Source: Macrostomum lignano (Eukaryota). From it: a stretch of DNA of 64,000 nt. Location: contig NIVC01000327.1 in assembly GCA_002269645.1 (NCBI GenBank), positions 62,001-126,000 of the forward strand, given 5' to 3'. A model generated the notes under the pieces. The model did no database searches. It saw only the letters and a list, made by a program, of their open reading frames with translations, and had not been told where the DNA came from. The translations under genes were made by a program, and so were the position numbers. Within the stretch, counting starts at the first letter, position 1; the number at the start of each line of letters is the position of its first letter. Below are positions 10,280 through 43,599 of the stretch, in pieces.

Positions 10280-11701
10280 TGTAATAACTCGCTTTACTGC
10301 CCGGGATAGAACTAGGTGGACTGCTATTGGCCGGGGCGGTCTTAGCGGTTATACTTATGGGGGCTGAGACTGGGGAGAAATCTAAAATTAAGGGTAGTGC
10401 TGCCACCAGCGTGGGAACCGTAGGATCCGCAATGAAGGGGTCTGTTTGGGCTCCACGCAAATAAATAACGCTAGAACAACTAGTCTCAGATATTTCAATG
10501 TCCAAGTGACAGGACTCAATGGTAGCAAATGGCCTGAGCGGCGCAGTCCTGGCACTGACAAATGTCCGCGCTTGAGCGTGTCTGAGTTTAGCTCTCAGAG
10601 GACCCCTAACTCCTACCAACCTAATAGCTACGTCTCGCGCAGATGGGCGGCGAGGAATAGGTCTATGCGCCTGAAGCAGCAATAGACTCTAGGCCTATAA
10701 ACTAACAGCTAGTCTTAGAATCGCGCACGAGTGCTGCGACTGCACACTCACTCTCACTCTTATTCGCGCCTGTGTCGCGAATAGACACTAGCAGAATGGC
10801 TTCAGCTAACTGATTTCCTGCCAATAGGGTAGGCTGGAAAACCAGAGCTATAGCACTAGCAATGCTCTACCAAGACCTGCTCAGGAGCGTGCTTTCTGCT
10901 TGAGCGCTGCAATGCTCTACCAAGACCTGCTCAGGAGCTTTGCTTCGCTGTTAACCGGCGCTAGAGCGCTAGACTTGGAGAAAGCTCTCGACAAGTCCTC
11001 ACGAGGCGGTCAAAACGGTTCTGAGGAAAAATTCAGACAAGCGGGCCTGCATTCGTTAATATAGAACGCGGAGGGTGGAGCGTTTGGGCATTCCGTGGCT
11101 TGACCATGGAACTGCAGCCGAAAAGTGCGGATAATGATGCACAACAGATATTGATTAAACATGGGGGGAGAAAGTAGCTTGTACGAAGCGCCGACAGTCG
11201 CCTCAAGCCACCAGTGACAATAGCATGCCAAATTTGGGCTTGTGCGCACAAGGCAGCACGTGAGGGAGGGTTCAGCTCGGGACACGGGGTCCGCGAAACC
11301 CTCAGTCTAAAAATAGAATGACGCATGGGGAGAGGCTCGGACGCAGGAGGAACGAGAGAGCAGAAGGGGAAGGGTCCAGAGAGCGCACGGGGGAGGAGTG
11401 CGGCTAACTAGACTTGCGTACACTGAGCGATTGTATGCGGCAGGCCAGGCAACAACAGTACAGGCAAGCGCCAAATTTGGCGGCTTCCACTAACTAACCC
11501 TAGGCTAGGCAAAACTCCCTAATTCCTATGTTATTGACGTCACCATTGCGCCATAATGTGCAACTTCTGAGCGCCAAGGAGGGCTGCTTAGAGTGCATGG
11601 AGGCAGCAGAAAAATTCCTATTCCAGATACTAGCAGCGGACAACAGTGCCTAAGATGTGACTGCGGCCCTATGCTTGCAGCAGAAGGCTGCGGCCACATC
11701 A
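10280..11701 (-). mobile_element. LTR copy B (~1422 bp), inverted relative to copy A
   Basis: Reverse complement begins tgatgtggccgcagcc and matches copy A almost base for base over ~1.35 kb. It has two rather than three 50 bp repeats and a divergent last ~95 bp. Confidence 0.85.
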
Positions 11702-12000
11702 AAACCCATAGTCATGGGGATAGAAAGATGGAATTAATGGATTCCATCATCCCGATCGTAAAAGATGGAAAAATATTGAAAAATATCAATTTAATTTGCA
11801 GCAGCCAATTTGTTTTTTTGGTATCTGGAAGCAAAATAATGATATAGAAAAGAGAAATCAAGGAATTAATTAACTCCGGATCAAAGATAATTTTTTGCTT
11901 TTTCTGTTTTAATAATCTGCTATCGACTTATTCTACTGTCACAATTAAAATAGCCAATCCAATATAGTGTATTATTCTCTTTTGTACTCAGGGGGGGGGG

Positions 12001-12578
12001 GCAGAACGCCGCGATTAGGCCGCGAGGACCCTATCGCAATCCCAAGCTAAAAACAGAAAGGCGTCGTCAGCCTTGTGGTTGCGCCCACCTTTTCGCCAGC
12101 AGCAGGAGAGCTCGCGAGAGTGGCGTCTGCGATCTTCATCCGTCCAGAGTCCCGAACGAATGCGCGTAGGTCCCAGATCCAGTTCGGAGTGGTGAGCTCG
12201 TCCAGCCTTGGCGTGTGTCCGATGTTGACGTCTCCGCGCCTCGTTGAAGTGCGATGACCATGTGCACATCTCGCTGAGGTCAGTTTTACTTAGGGAGATT
12301 AGATATTCGGATAATTTCCCATTTATGGCAGGAACTGCCGTTCGTGTTTGCCGATTTTCGGATAACATAGATCCTATCAAAAATCGCCCGGGTCGGTATG
12401 CTATTGAAACAGACTGAAACGGACTTGGTTGAGAGCTTGATAGAAAACAAGGCCTTAATAGCGCCCTGGCTGTCAGAGTAGAAATTTGTGTCAAAGCTGC
12501 TGATGACATGCAGCTCTGTGCAACTGCTCAGCACACTGGTTGATGGCCATGACTTCGGATTGAAAAACCGAGACGTTC
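12001..12578 (-). mobile_element. Decayed non-LTR retrotransposon (RNase H-bearing, I/R1/LOA-like) 3' fragment
   Basis: Minus-strand frames give RNase H motifs SVFQSEVMAI and FYSDSQGAIKAL..KSVSVC, then [20 protein letters not shown] and a C-terminal [10 protein letters not shown]-like segment, with frameshifts and internal deletion. Confidence 0.7.
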
Positions 12579-13164
12579 TCGGGCCAATTCAACTGCTGAA
12601 AGACATTCCAGCATCGTGTCAGCAGCAACCTGAGCTTCGATAAGAACTGGACCGACTACTCCACCGGATTTGGCTTAGAAGAGGCCGACAATTTCTGGCT
12701 GGGCCTCGACCAGATTCACCAGCTCACCAAACACAGAGGTCGCCGGGTCCGCTGGGAGCTGAGCGATTGGGACAAAAAATTGGACGGAGAACTTCAACTT
12801 CACCGTGTCCGGGCCCGAGGACAAGTACCGGGCTGTCATTGGCGAGTTTGACTCTGCCGCTTCAAGCATTGGACAGGCCATGACGACTAGCGACGTTGGC
12901 ATCCAGGGTAACCAGTTTTCAACCCCGGACTCCGATAACGATTTGAGTCCGGATGATTGCGCTTTAGAGCGCCGCGGGGGCTGGTGGTTCGGATATTGTA
13001 CTTACTTCAATCCGAACGGCATCTACTTCGACTACCCAACAGCCTTGAGCGTGCACTACACCCAGATGCCAATGATGTACCACTGCGACGGGTGTCCCAG
13101 TCCTCTGGGTCAGAGCTACTCGCTGAGAACGGTAGAGTGCATGATTGAGCACTGGATGTCATGA
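12579..13164 (+). pseudogene. 5'-truncated pseudogene copy of the FReD gene
   Basis: 12579-13194 matches 7045-7662 with about eight substitutions by eye. It has TGG>TGA at 12597-12599, a 5 bp deletion (ggtac) near 12780, and no signal peptide or N-terminal region. Confidence 0.9.
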
Positions 13165-14762
13165 TACAGGATCTAGAATCGTCTTTAAAAACAAACTGGA
13201 GATCAATTCTGATGAACAAGAATAATATCGAACTGTTTGTTTAAAAACTATTAAAACAAAATCGTTTTTTTAAATTCCCGGAAACATTTATTATATCCAC
13301 GCGTGTTTTAACAGACAGAAGCAGCCTCTAGCTTGACGAGCTGCATCACATGTCGTAAAAAGCTTTTAGCTAAATTAAAAAAGTTTTAACTAACGGGCCA
13401 TCTGCAATTTGAATCATGCGGGTATGGACTGCTGATAATTCCCGCATTAAATATTTTGTGAGCATCCTAAAAGCCTTGATAGATATACAGTACGTATGCT
13501 GAGGAAGCAGTTGCCTTTTTCAATTAGAATCTGCTTTTTAATATTCTGAATGGGGGGTAGAGGGATGGGGATGTATCGTAAAAGATAGGAAAAATATGGA
13601 AAAATACCATTCTACTTTACATATATGCAGCTGTTTGTTTTTCGGTATCTAAGGGGTTGGGGGGGGGCAGAAATGTGCTGATACCTGTACATGTACATGT
13701 AGCAATTAGAAAGGAATTAAATAGTTACGCTCGTAACTTCGCGGACCAGCAAGGTATTTTTGGTTTTTTTATTGTTCTGGCCATGTCCGTTTATCGGCTC
13801 ATTCTACTGTCCAAAGTAGCCTATGGTAGTAGTGTACATGTATCTTTTGGATGATCGATGATATACTCGATAGAAGATCCCTAATATATTTTGCCCAATA
13901 ACAGTTCGGCTTATGATTATTTAATTTGGATAAGAACATGCAACATTGATTGTAGTAGTAAGTTTTAGCAGCAATTAAAAGAACATTTTTTAAATATATT
14001 TTTAAATGATAAACTAGTTAGGAAAGTAAAATAATTTAAACAATTAAGCCTAATTAACTAATATGTTTCAACGACACTAAAACTACCAGATAAAAATTTG
14101 TGCAGAAAAAGTATTTTCGAACTCGATTCAAAATTTATGCAACAGATTTGTAAAACAAGACGGTCTCTGATGAGATTGTCGCTTGTGGCGTAATCAGCCC
14201 GGAGGGTTGTGGTGCGGCCTGGGGCTTCCATGACTGGTTGATCTTGTGTTGTCTGGGTCGGGTTGCCCGTGTTTTAGGAAGAGTTCCATGCTCTGTGCTG
14301 CTTCGAGCTGCAAGGGTAGTGGGTGAACAGCTACTGTGGACAAAAATGATAAGTAGCCAAAAAGATTTTTAAATTACAATACAGATTTTTAACATACAAA
14401 TGTTGACGTGATGGATACTTTTAAACGCATGCACGTTTTGTACCGGTTGTTCATAAAAATTTTACAAATCTAATGCAAAAAAAATAAATTTACATTTTTG
14501 GGCTCAGTAAAACAAAAACACTAACTACTTCAATAAGATATCGCTTAAGAACTTTGGCTAATATGGTTTAGAAATGGAAAAAATTACTTATTTTACTAAA
14601 AATTTTTCATTACTTTTGTTTTGTTTACAATTTTAATGTTTAGTTTAGGATAAAATACTATTTTTTCTTTCTATCCCCCAATAGTATCATTTTGTAACTG
14701 TTATCGAAGTGACAGACTCTATTTATAGACTGCTTTCGTTACTTTCTATTCTTATTGATGCA

Positions 14763-17700
14763 ATGTTTCGTAATTGCTTTTTGAAGGGCCTGATTGTGCT
14801 TCTTTGCACGCTTGCTGTTGCTTATGGACAAAATTCTTCTGGTAAGCTCCTGAAGCTGCAAGACTTAGAAGTTAGAGTAGGCCTACTAAAGCATAGCTGA
14901 ACAAAAAATGCACGATACTATCTTTAATAATTACATTTTGAATTTTTCCTATGCTTTTCATAAGAACAAATATTTTGTTAAATTCGTTCATTTACATTAT
15001 TTCCTGTTTCAATAACTAACTTATTCAGTTATTGTCTTTCTTAATTTTCTGAATGTTTTGATACAATGTCGTTGTGGTCTACGCACTAGGTTTGTCATTA
15101 TTAATTTTATTGAATTTTAATTAATTTGCTGAACCCATTTTTTTACATTTTAGAATGCCACACACTTAGTGGCACAGCAAAAAATGAGAACTGCAACAAT
15201 TGTATTCGCAACACAGCTGTAAGTTCCTTTTCAAAATTTTGCTTAAGTATACCATAGTGAAGTAGAAATAGAATTAAAAATATAAGCAATTCCTGAAATT
15301 AACTAAAGTTTAAATTAACTTTTAGCTTTTTTATATTTTGTAGTATTGGATATAGTTATTATAGTATAAGTACAGCAATTGATTGACAGTGCTATCTAAT
15401 TTTAATTGAGTTTAATGATAGATTTAGTTATTCTAAATTAATATATAAACACTATTAACTTTTATATTCACTTTATATTTGCAGTGCATGTACTGTTTCA
15501 CTGATCACAAGTGCAAGCCTTACCCAGTTGGCCATTTGATTCCTGGTCCAAGTGATTGCCCACTTGCTGATGCACGCTGGGGCACTTGCTTTGTTAACTT
15601 CTTGGCCTTGATCATCTGCATGAGCATTCTGGCTTTTGTGATCCTTGTGATTATACCTTGCTGCATCTATTGCTGCTGTTGCAGGAAAAAATCTGGACCA
15701 AGTCGCAGGTGAGCTGCTAGTAAACCAATTTTGTTACAATGAATTAAGTTTTTAGAGGATCTTGAAGTGTTTATGAAAGGATATTTGAGTAATATTTTTA
15801 ATCTGAAGTGAGATTAAAATATGGGATCTGAGAGTAAGATTGGGAATTGAGAGTGAAATTGGGGATCTGATGAGATTAGGGATCTGAAGTGGAGATTGGG
15901 CATCTAAAGGGGAGATTGGAGATCTGAGGGGGGAGATTGGAGATCTGAGAGGTAGATTGGGGATCTAAGAGGGAGATTGGGGATCTGAAGGGAAGATTGG
16001 GAATCTGAGAGGGAGATTGCAGATCTGAGAGGTAGATTGGGGATCTAAGAGGGAGATTGGGGATCTGAGAGTGAGATTGCAGATCTGAGAGGTAGATTAG
16101 GGATCTGAGAGGGAGATTGGGGATCTGAGAGGGAGATTGCAGATCTGAGAGGTAGATTGCAGATCTGAGAGGTAGATTGGGGATCTAAGAGGGAGATTGG
16201 GGATCTGAGGGGGAGATTGGGGATCTGAGAGTGAGATTGCAGATCTGAGAGGTAGATTAGGGATCTGAGAGGGAGATTGGGGATCTGAGAGGGAGATTGC
16301 AGATCTGAGAGGTAGATTGCAGATCTGAGAGGTAGATTGGGGATCTAAGAGGGAGATTGGGGATCTGAGGGGGAGATTGGGGATCTGAGAGTGAGATTGC
16401 AGATCTGAGAGGTAGATTAGGGATCTGAGAGGGAGATTGGGGATCTGAGAGGGAGATTGCAGATCTGAGAGGTAGATTGCAGATCTGAGAGGTAGATTGG
16501 GGATCTAAGAGGGAGATTGGGGATCTGAGGGGGAGATTGGGGATCTGAGAGGGAGATTGGGGATCTGAGAGGGAGATTGGAGATTTGAGAGGGAGATTAA
16601 GGATCTGAGAGGGAGATTGGGGATCTGAAAGGGGGATTGGGAATCTGAGAGGGAGATTGGTGATCTGAGAGGGAGATTGGGGATCTGAGGGGGAAATTGA
16701 GGATCTGAGAGGGAGATTGAGAATCTGAGAGGGAGATTGGGGATCTGAGAGTAATATTGGGGATCTGAGAGTGATATTGGCACTCTCCGAAGCTGAGATT
16801 GAGATTTAGTATTTGAAATTGAGATTGTTACGAGTAAAATTAAAATGGGTTTCTGCATACTCTTATAATACTGCAGGCCTATTATTACCAAACGTTTTAA
16901 CAATTTTTTCCAGAGCTTTGGCCGAAAGTGCCAAGTACGAACAGGAACGAACTGAGCGTGAAGCCAGACACGCTGAGCGGTAAATTTCCTAGCTATATAT
17001 ATATTCCATTTTATACTACTTATGCCAGTAAAAAGTATGATTTTTTATTTCTAAAAAGTTTACTTCCAAACAAAACGTTTTTAGTCGAAACGATCGCGAG
17101 AAGAAATACGACGAAATTCGGGCTAAATATGGTGCGTTAAAATTTTATTAAAAATTAGTATTGATTTTACTCAATTTATCTAATATAGTGCCCACGGTTG
17201 TATATTTTTATAAGGTCGATTTGATGAACTTTTTATTACGTAAAAACTCGATTTATGCATCTCATCTTTAGAGCCCCAGTCTAATTCAACCTCTTCACCA
17301 CGAATGTACTCTCAGCCCCAGTCTAGCTCAACCCCTTCCCATAGAGTGTGCACTCAGCCCCAGTCTACTTTAACCCCTTCCCCTAGAGTGTACACTCAGC
17401 CCCAGTCTAATTCAACCCCTTCCCCTAGAGTGTACACTCAGCCCCAGTCTACTTTAACCCCTTCCCCTAGAGTGTACACTCAGCCCCAGTCTAATTCAAC
17501 CCCTTCCCCTAGAGTGTACACTCAGCACCAGTCTACTTTAACCCCTTCCCCTAGAGTGTACACTCAGCCCCAGTCTAATTCAACCCCTTCCCCTAGAGTG
17601 TACACTCAGCCCCAGTCTACTTTAACCCCTTCCCCTAGAGTGTACACTCAGCCCCAGTCTAATTCAACCCCTTCCCCTAGAGTGTACACTCAGCCCCAGT

Positions 17701-18066
17701 CTACTTTAACCCCTTCCCCTAGAGTGTACACTCAGCCCCAGTCTAATTCAACCCCTTCCCCTAGAGTGTACACTCAGCCCCAGTCTACTTTAACCCCTTC
17801 CCCTAGAGTGTACACTCAGCCCCAGTCTAATTCAACCCCTTCCCCTAGAGTGTGCACTCAGCCTCGGTCTAATTCAACCCCTTCCCCTAGAGTGTGCACT
17901 CAGCCCCAGTCTAATTCAACCCCTTCCCACGAATGTACACTCAGCTCCAGTGCAAGAAATGATTTTTTAGCACTATCAAATCAAACGCGCAGGACTTCGA
18001 ACCAGAGGCCAAGCTGCCTCACACGATGACTCTAATCCTCTATTGTTTGACGACCAGCTTGCTTAA
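14763..18066 (+). CDS. PTTG1IP: PTTG1-interacting protein (PBF) homolog, 184 aa
   Basis: Exons 14763-14841, 15154-15218, 15485-15708, 16914-16979, 17085-17131, 17993-18066 (555 nt, GT-AG, phases consistent). Signal peptide; PSI-like Cys domain ending ARWGTCFVNFLALII; TM helix; CCIYCCCCRKK; YDEIRAKYGL. Confidence 0.92.
15830..16790. repeat. Intronic G-rich minisatellite, 20 bp unit gggagattggggatctgaga, with a 160 bp higher-order repeat
   Basis: Marker variant ggatctaaga recurs at 16181, 16341, 16501. Confidence 0.95.
17272..17945. repeat. Intronic minisatellite, 42 bp unit, alternating as an 84 bp dimer
   Basis: cccagtctaattcaaccccttcccctagagtgtacactcagc alternates with an actttaa variant. 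Confidence 0.95.
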
Positions 18067-18319
18067 GTATTTTAATTTAAAGTTAATATATATACGGCAT
18101 ATTATCCTAAAAGTTTCGTTGATGTCTTTTCTTTTATAATTATTAGTTTAATCCCTCGTTTGCAAATCTCAATGGCTAGATATCCATATATTTTAAGCAT
18201 GACTAAAAAATAACGTTTAGAAATCTATGCAAAATATGTGCTAAGTTGTTATGTTTATTTGTTTGTTACCGTTTATTTTTTATTATTGAACTCTTGTTCT
18301 ACTGTCAGCTGTTCGATAA

Positions 18320-19092
18320 AGGTAGTGTCACCTGTTAGACAGGGAATAGTGTCGCACCTGTTAGACAGGGGATAGTGTCACACCTGTTAGACAGGGATAG
18401 TGTCACATCTGTTAGACAGGGGATAGTGTCACACCTGTTAGACAGGGGATAGTGTCACACCTGTTAGACAGGGGAAAGTGTCACACCTGTTAGACAGGGG
18501 ATAGTGTCACACCTGTTAGACAGGGGATAGTGTCACACCTGTTAGACAGGGGATAGTGTCACACCTGTTAGACAAGGGGATAGTGTCACACCTGTTAGAC
18601 AGGGGATTGTGCCAAACCTGTTAGACAGGGGATTGTGTCACACCTGTTAGACAAGGGGATAGTGTCACACCTGTTAGACAGGGGATTGTGTCACACCTGT
18701 TAGACAAGGGGATAGTGTCACACCTGTTAGACAGGGGATAGTGTCACACCCTGTTAGGGGATCGTGCCATCAGTTAGACAGGGGATAGTGTCACCTGTTA
18801 GACAGGGGATAGTGTCACACCTGTTAGGGGATAGTGCCACCTGTTAGAGTTAGACAGGGGATAGTGTCACCTGTTAGACAGGGGATCGTGCCATCAGTTA
18901 GACAATGGATAGTGTCACCTGTTAGACAGGGATAGTGTCACACCTGTTAGGGGATAGTGCCACCTGTTAGAGTTAGACAGGGGATAGTGTCACCTGTTAG
19001 ACAGGGGATCGTGCCATCAGTTAGACAATGGATAGTGTCACCTGTTAGACAGGGATAGTGTCACACCTGTTAGGGGATAGTGCCACCAGTTA
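18320..19092. repeat. Minisatellite, 23-27 bp unit ggggatagtgtcacacctgttagaca (left arm of an inverted pair)
   Basis: Tandem copies; reverse complement of the 21420-22422 array. Confidence 0.93.
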
Positions 19093-19699
19093 GAACGTGT
19101 TAACTTTTTGCGTATTTCATTTTAAAAATGTATCATGTGTATTTCGTGTTGTAAAACTCTTTAGATTTAATTACAGTGATGGACACAAAGAATTTTTTTA
19201 CCAAAAAATCTTTTATCTTATTTTTAAGGCCTGGCTACCCATGGTTCGAGGCCCGAGTCTGGCTATCGCGAGTTCGACAATGCCTAAAATCAAATTTCTG
19301 AGGCGATTTTGTGAACTTTTTTTTGTTCAAGAAGAATCGAGACATTGCCTGAAATATGGGCCGATTCGATGACATTAATTTTTGTGACTTCATCAATCTT
19401 TATTGGGAAGCTTTGAATAATAAAATCATTTTACGTAAAATTTTCTGAGAAGGTTGAATTTAATTTTTTTCTTTTATTCCGTTTTTTTAAAGAAAAAACA
19501 CTCCAATTGCGTCATTTCAGTTTAGATAAAAAGTTCTGCGATAACATTTTAAGTTCTAATTTTTTTCGTAAATATACCTAAATGACTCTGCGGCCCAGAA
19601 ATTTCGTTTTTTTGCTATCTAACCTCTAATTAATTTTATCTGTGAATTTGTTTGCCTTGTAATAAAATTATTATTGACAGGTTGTATTGACTTTAGCAT

Positions 19700-21078
19700 C
19701 ACTGACACCTAATTTGGGTCATTCCTGACACCTAATTTGTGGTATTCCTGACACCCAATTTGTGGTATTCCTGACACCTAATTTGTGGTATTCCTGACAC
19801 CTAATTTGTGGTATTCCTGACACCTAATTTGTGGTATTCCTGACACCTAATTTGTGGTATTCCTGACACCTAATTTGTGGTATTCCTGACACTTAATTTG
19901 GGACATTCCTGACACCTAATTTGTGGTATTCCTGTCCCTGACACCCAATTTGTGGTATTCCTGTCCCTGACACCCAATTTGTGGTATTCCTGTCCCTGAC
20001 ACCCAATTTGTGGTATTCCTGTCCCTGACACCCAATTTGTGGTATTCCTGACACCTAATTTCTGGCATTCCTGACACTTAATTTGGGACATTCCTGACAC
20101 TTAATTTGTGGTATTCCTGACACCTAATTTCTAGCGTTCCTGACACTTAATTTGGGACATTCCTGACACTTAATTTGTGGTATTCCTGACACCTAATTTG
20201 TGGTATTCCTGACACCTAATTTATGGTATTCCTGACACCTAATTTGGGACATTCCTGACACCCAATTTGTGGTATTCCTGACACCTAATTTGTGGTATTC
20301 CTGACACCTAATTTGTGGCATTCCTGACACTTAATTTAGGACATTCCTGACACCTAATTCGGGTCATTCCTGACACCTAATTCGGGTCATTCCTGACACC
20401 TAATTCAGGTCATTCCTGACACCTAATTTGTGGCATTCCTGACACTTAATTTGGGACATTCCTGACACTTAATTTGGGACATTCCTGACACTTAATTTGG
20501 GACATTCCTGACACTTAATTTGGGACATTCCTGACACTTAATTTGGGACATTCCTGACACTTAATTTGGGACATTCCTGAAACTTAATTTGGGACATTTC
20601 TGACACCCAATTTGTGGCATTCCTGACACCTAATTTGGGACATTCCTGACACTTAATTTGGGACATTCCTGACACTTAATTTGGGACATTCCTGACACTT
20701 AATTTGGGACATTCCTGACACTTAGTTTGGGACATTTCTGACACCTAATTTCTGGCATTCCTGACACCTAATTTGTGGTATTACTGACACCCAATTATGA
20801 TATTCCTGACACCTAATATGTGGTATTCCTGACACCTAATTTGTGGTATTCCTGACACCCAATTTGTGGCATTCCTGACACCTAATTTGTGGTATTACTG
20901 ACACCCAATTATGATATTCCTGACACCTAATATGTGGTATTCCTGACACCTAATATGTGGTATTCCTGACACCTAATTTGTGGTATTCCTGACACCCAAT
21001 TTGTGGCATTCCTAACACCCAATTTGTGGCATTCCTGACACCCAATTTGTGGCATTCCTGACACCTAATGTGTGATAT
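19700..21078. repeat. Minisatellite, 23 bp unit ttcctgacacctaatttgtggta
   Basis: About 60 tandem copies with patchy variants. Confidence 0.95.
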
Positions 21079-21419
21079 ATGACACCAATAACGTTATGAC
21101 ATATATGACAACAAACCTTTTGAACGTTTCGTATACTACTCTCAATTATGCTATTATTTAATAATTGATAAATATCTGACATCTATGGTGATCATCGCCA
21201 TGTTGTTAATTTGGAATCTTGTCTGTTTAATTGAACAGCAAATTTTTTATTGTTTTCGTATCCGCTTTAAGAACGGAATCAGTTTTTGGTGTAAATATAT
21301 TTAGTTACATAAATATTGAAAATATTGTTCATTATATTTTTATCGTCATAAATATTTTAATTCTCTTCAGGTTTAAAAGCTTCAACTTCTAATTTTATTT
21401 AAAACAGAGAAAACTACTT

Positions 21420-22422
21420 TCTGACAGGTGATACTATCCCCTGTCTAGCCGGTGACACTATCCCTGTCCAACAGGTGACACTATCCCTGTCTAACCGATG
21501 ACACTATCCCTGTCCAACAGGTGACGCTATCCCTGTCTAACCGGTGACACTATCCCTGTCTAACCGGTGACACTATCCTCTGTCTAACCGGTGACACTAT
21601 CCTCTGTCTAACCGGTGACACTATCCCTGTCTAACCGGTGACACTATCCCTGTCCAACAGGTGACACTATCCCTGTCTAACCGATGACACTATCCCTGTC
21701 CAACAGGTGACGCTATCCCTGTCTAACCGGTGACACTATCCTCTGTCTAACCGGTGACACTATCCTCTGTCTAACCGGTGACACTATCCTCTGTCTAACC
21801 GGTGACACTATCCCTGTCTAACAGGTGACACTATCCCTGTCTAACCGGTGACACTATCCTCTGTCCAACAGGTGACACTATCTTCTGTCTAACCGGTGAC
21901 ACTATCCCTGTCTAACAGGTGACACTATCTCCTGTCTAACAGGTGTGACACTATCTCCTGTCTAACAGGTGTGACACTATCCCCTGTCTAACAGGTGTGA
22001 CACTATCCCCTGTATAACAGGTGTGACACTATCCCCTTGTCTAACCGGTGACACTATCCCTGTCTAACAGGTGACACTATCTCCTGTCTAACAGGTGTGA
22101 CACTATCTCCTGTCTAACAGGTGTGACACTATCCCCTGTCTAACAGGTGTGACACTATCCCCTGTATAACAGGTGTGACACTATCCCTGTCTAACAGGTG
22201 ACACTATCTCCTGTCTAACAGGTGTGACACTATCTCCTGTCTAACAGGTGTGACACTATCCCCTGTCTAACAGGTGTGACACTATCCCCTGTATAACAGG
22301 TGTGACACTATCCCCTTGTCTAACAGGTGTGACACTATCCCCTGTCTAACAGGTGTGACACTATCCCCTTGTCTAACAGGTGTGACACAATCCCCTGTCT
22401 AACAGGTGTGACACTATCCCTG
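21420..22422. repeat. Minisatellite, 23-27 bp unit ctatcccctgtctaacaggtgtgaca (right arm of the inverted pair)
   Basis: Reverse complement of the 18320-19092 array. Confidence 0.93.
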
Positions 22423-22517
22423 TTTAATAGGGACTTGTGAGGTTTTTACAATTTGTACATGTTAGGCTATAAGTTAGTTGACTGTATAGTGTATGCCCTA
22501 CATGCAGTCACTCCCAG

Positions 22518-22583
22518 CCAATAGAATTCTTAAAAATGTTTCATTGGCCAGGCCAGCCTATTACAGCTACATGCAAGTATAAA
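22518..22583 (+). promoter_or_regulatory. Possible core promoter of the chloride channel gene
   Basis: CCAAT 22518-22522, inverse CCAAT 22543-22547 and TATAAA 22578-22583, ~115 nt before the ATG. Short motifs only. Confidence 0.25.
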
Positions 22584-22695
22584 TGCTATCCCTTGGCTAC
22601 AAAGTGAGTTGTTCTGCAGAATAAAAGCACAGAATCAGTTATCGTATCTCTCTCTCTCTCATTGTTTAGTGTAACTTTTCTATCATAAAACATCA

Positions 22696-43591
<20,896 letters not shown>

Positions 43592-43599
<8 letters not shown>

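Noticed and set aside
8637-11326. Short ORFs within the LTRs
   Set aside because: No recognisable domain; they differ by indels between copies.
8324-11701. DIRS-type element with inverted terminal repeats, or one composite transposon
   Set aside because: TG...CA ends and tRNA PBSs indicate LTRs; no tyrosine recombinase, RT or internal complementary region, and no flanking TSD.
14160-14345. GC-rich patch as a possible exon
   Set aside because: Only a short minus-strand reading with no recognisable homology or partner exons.
17304-18029. 241 aa mucin-like ORF
   Set aside because: Stop-free 42 bp repeat in PTTG1IP intron 5; out of frame with the real last exon.
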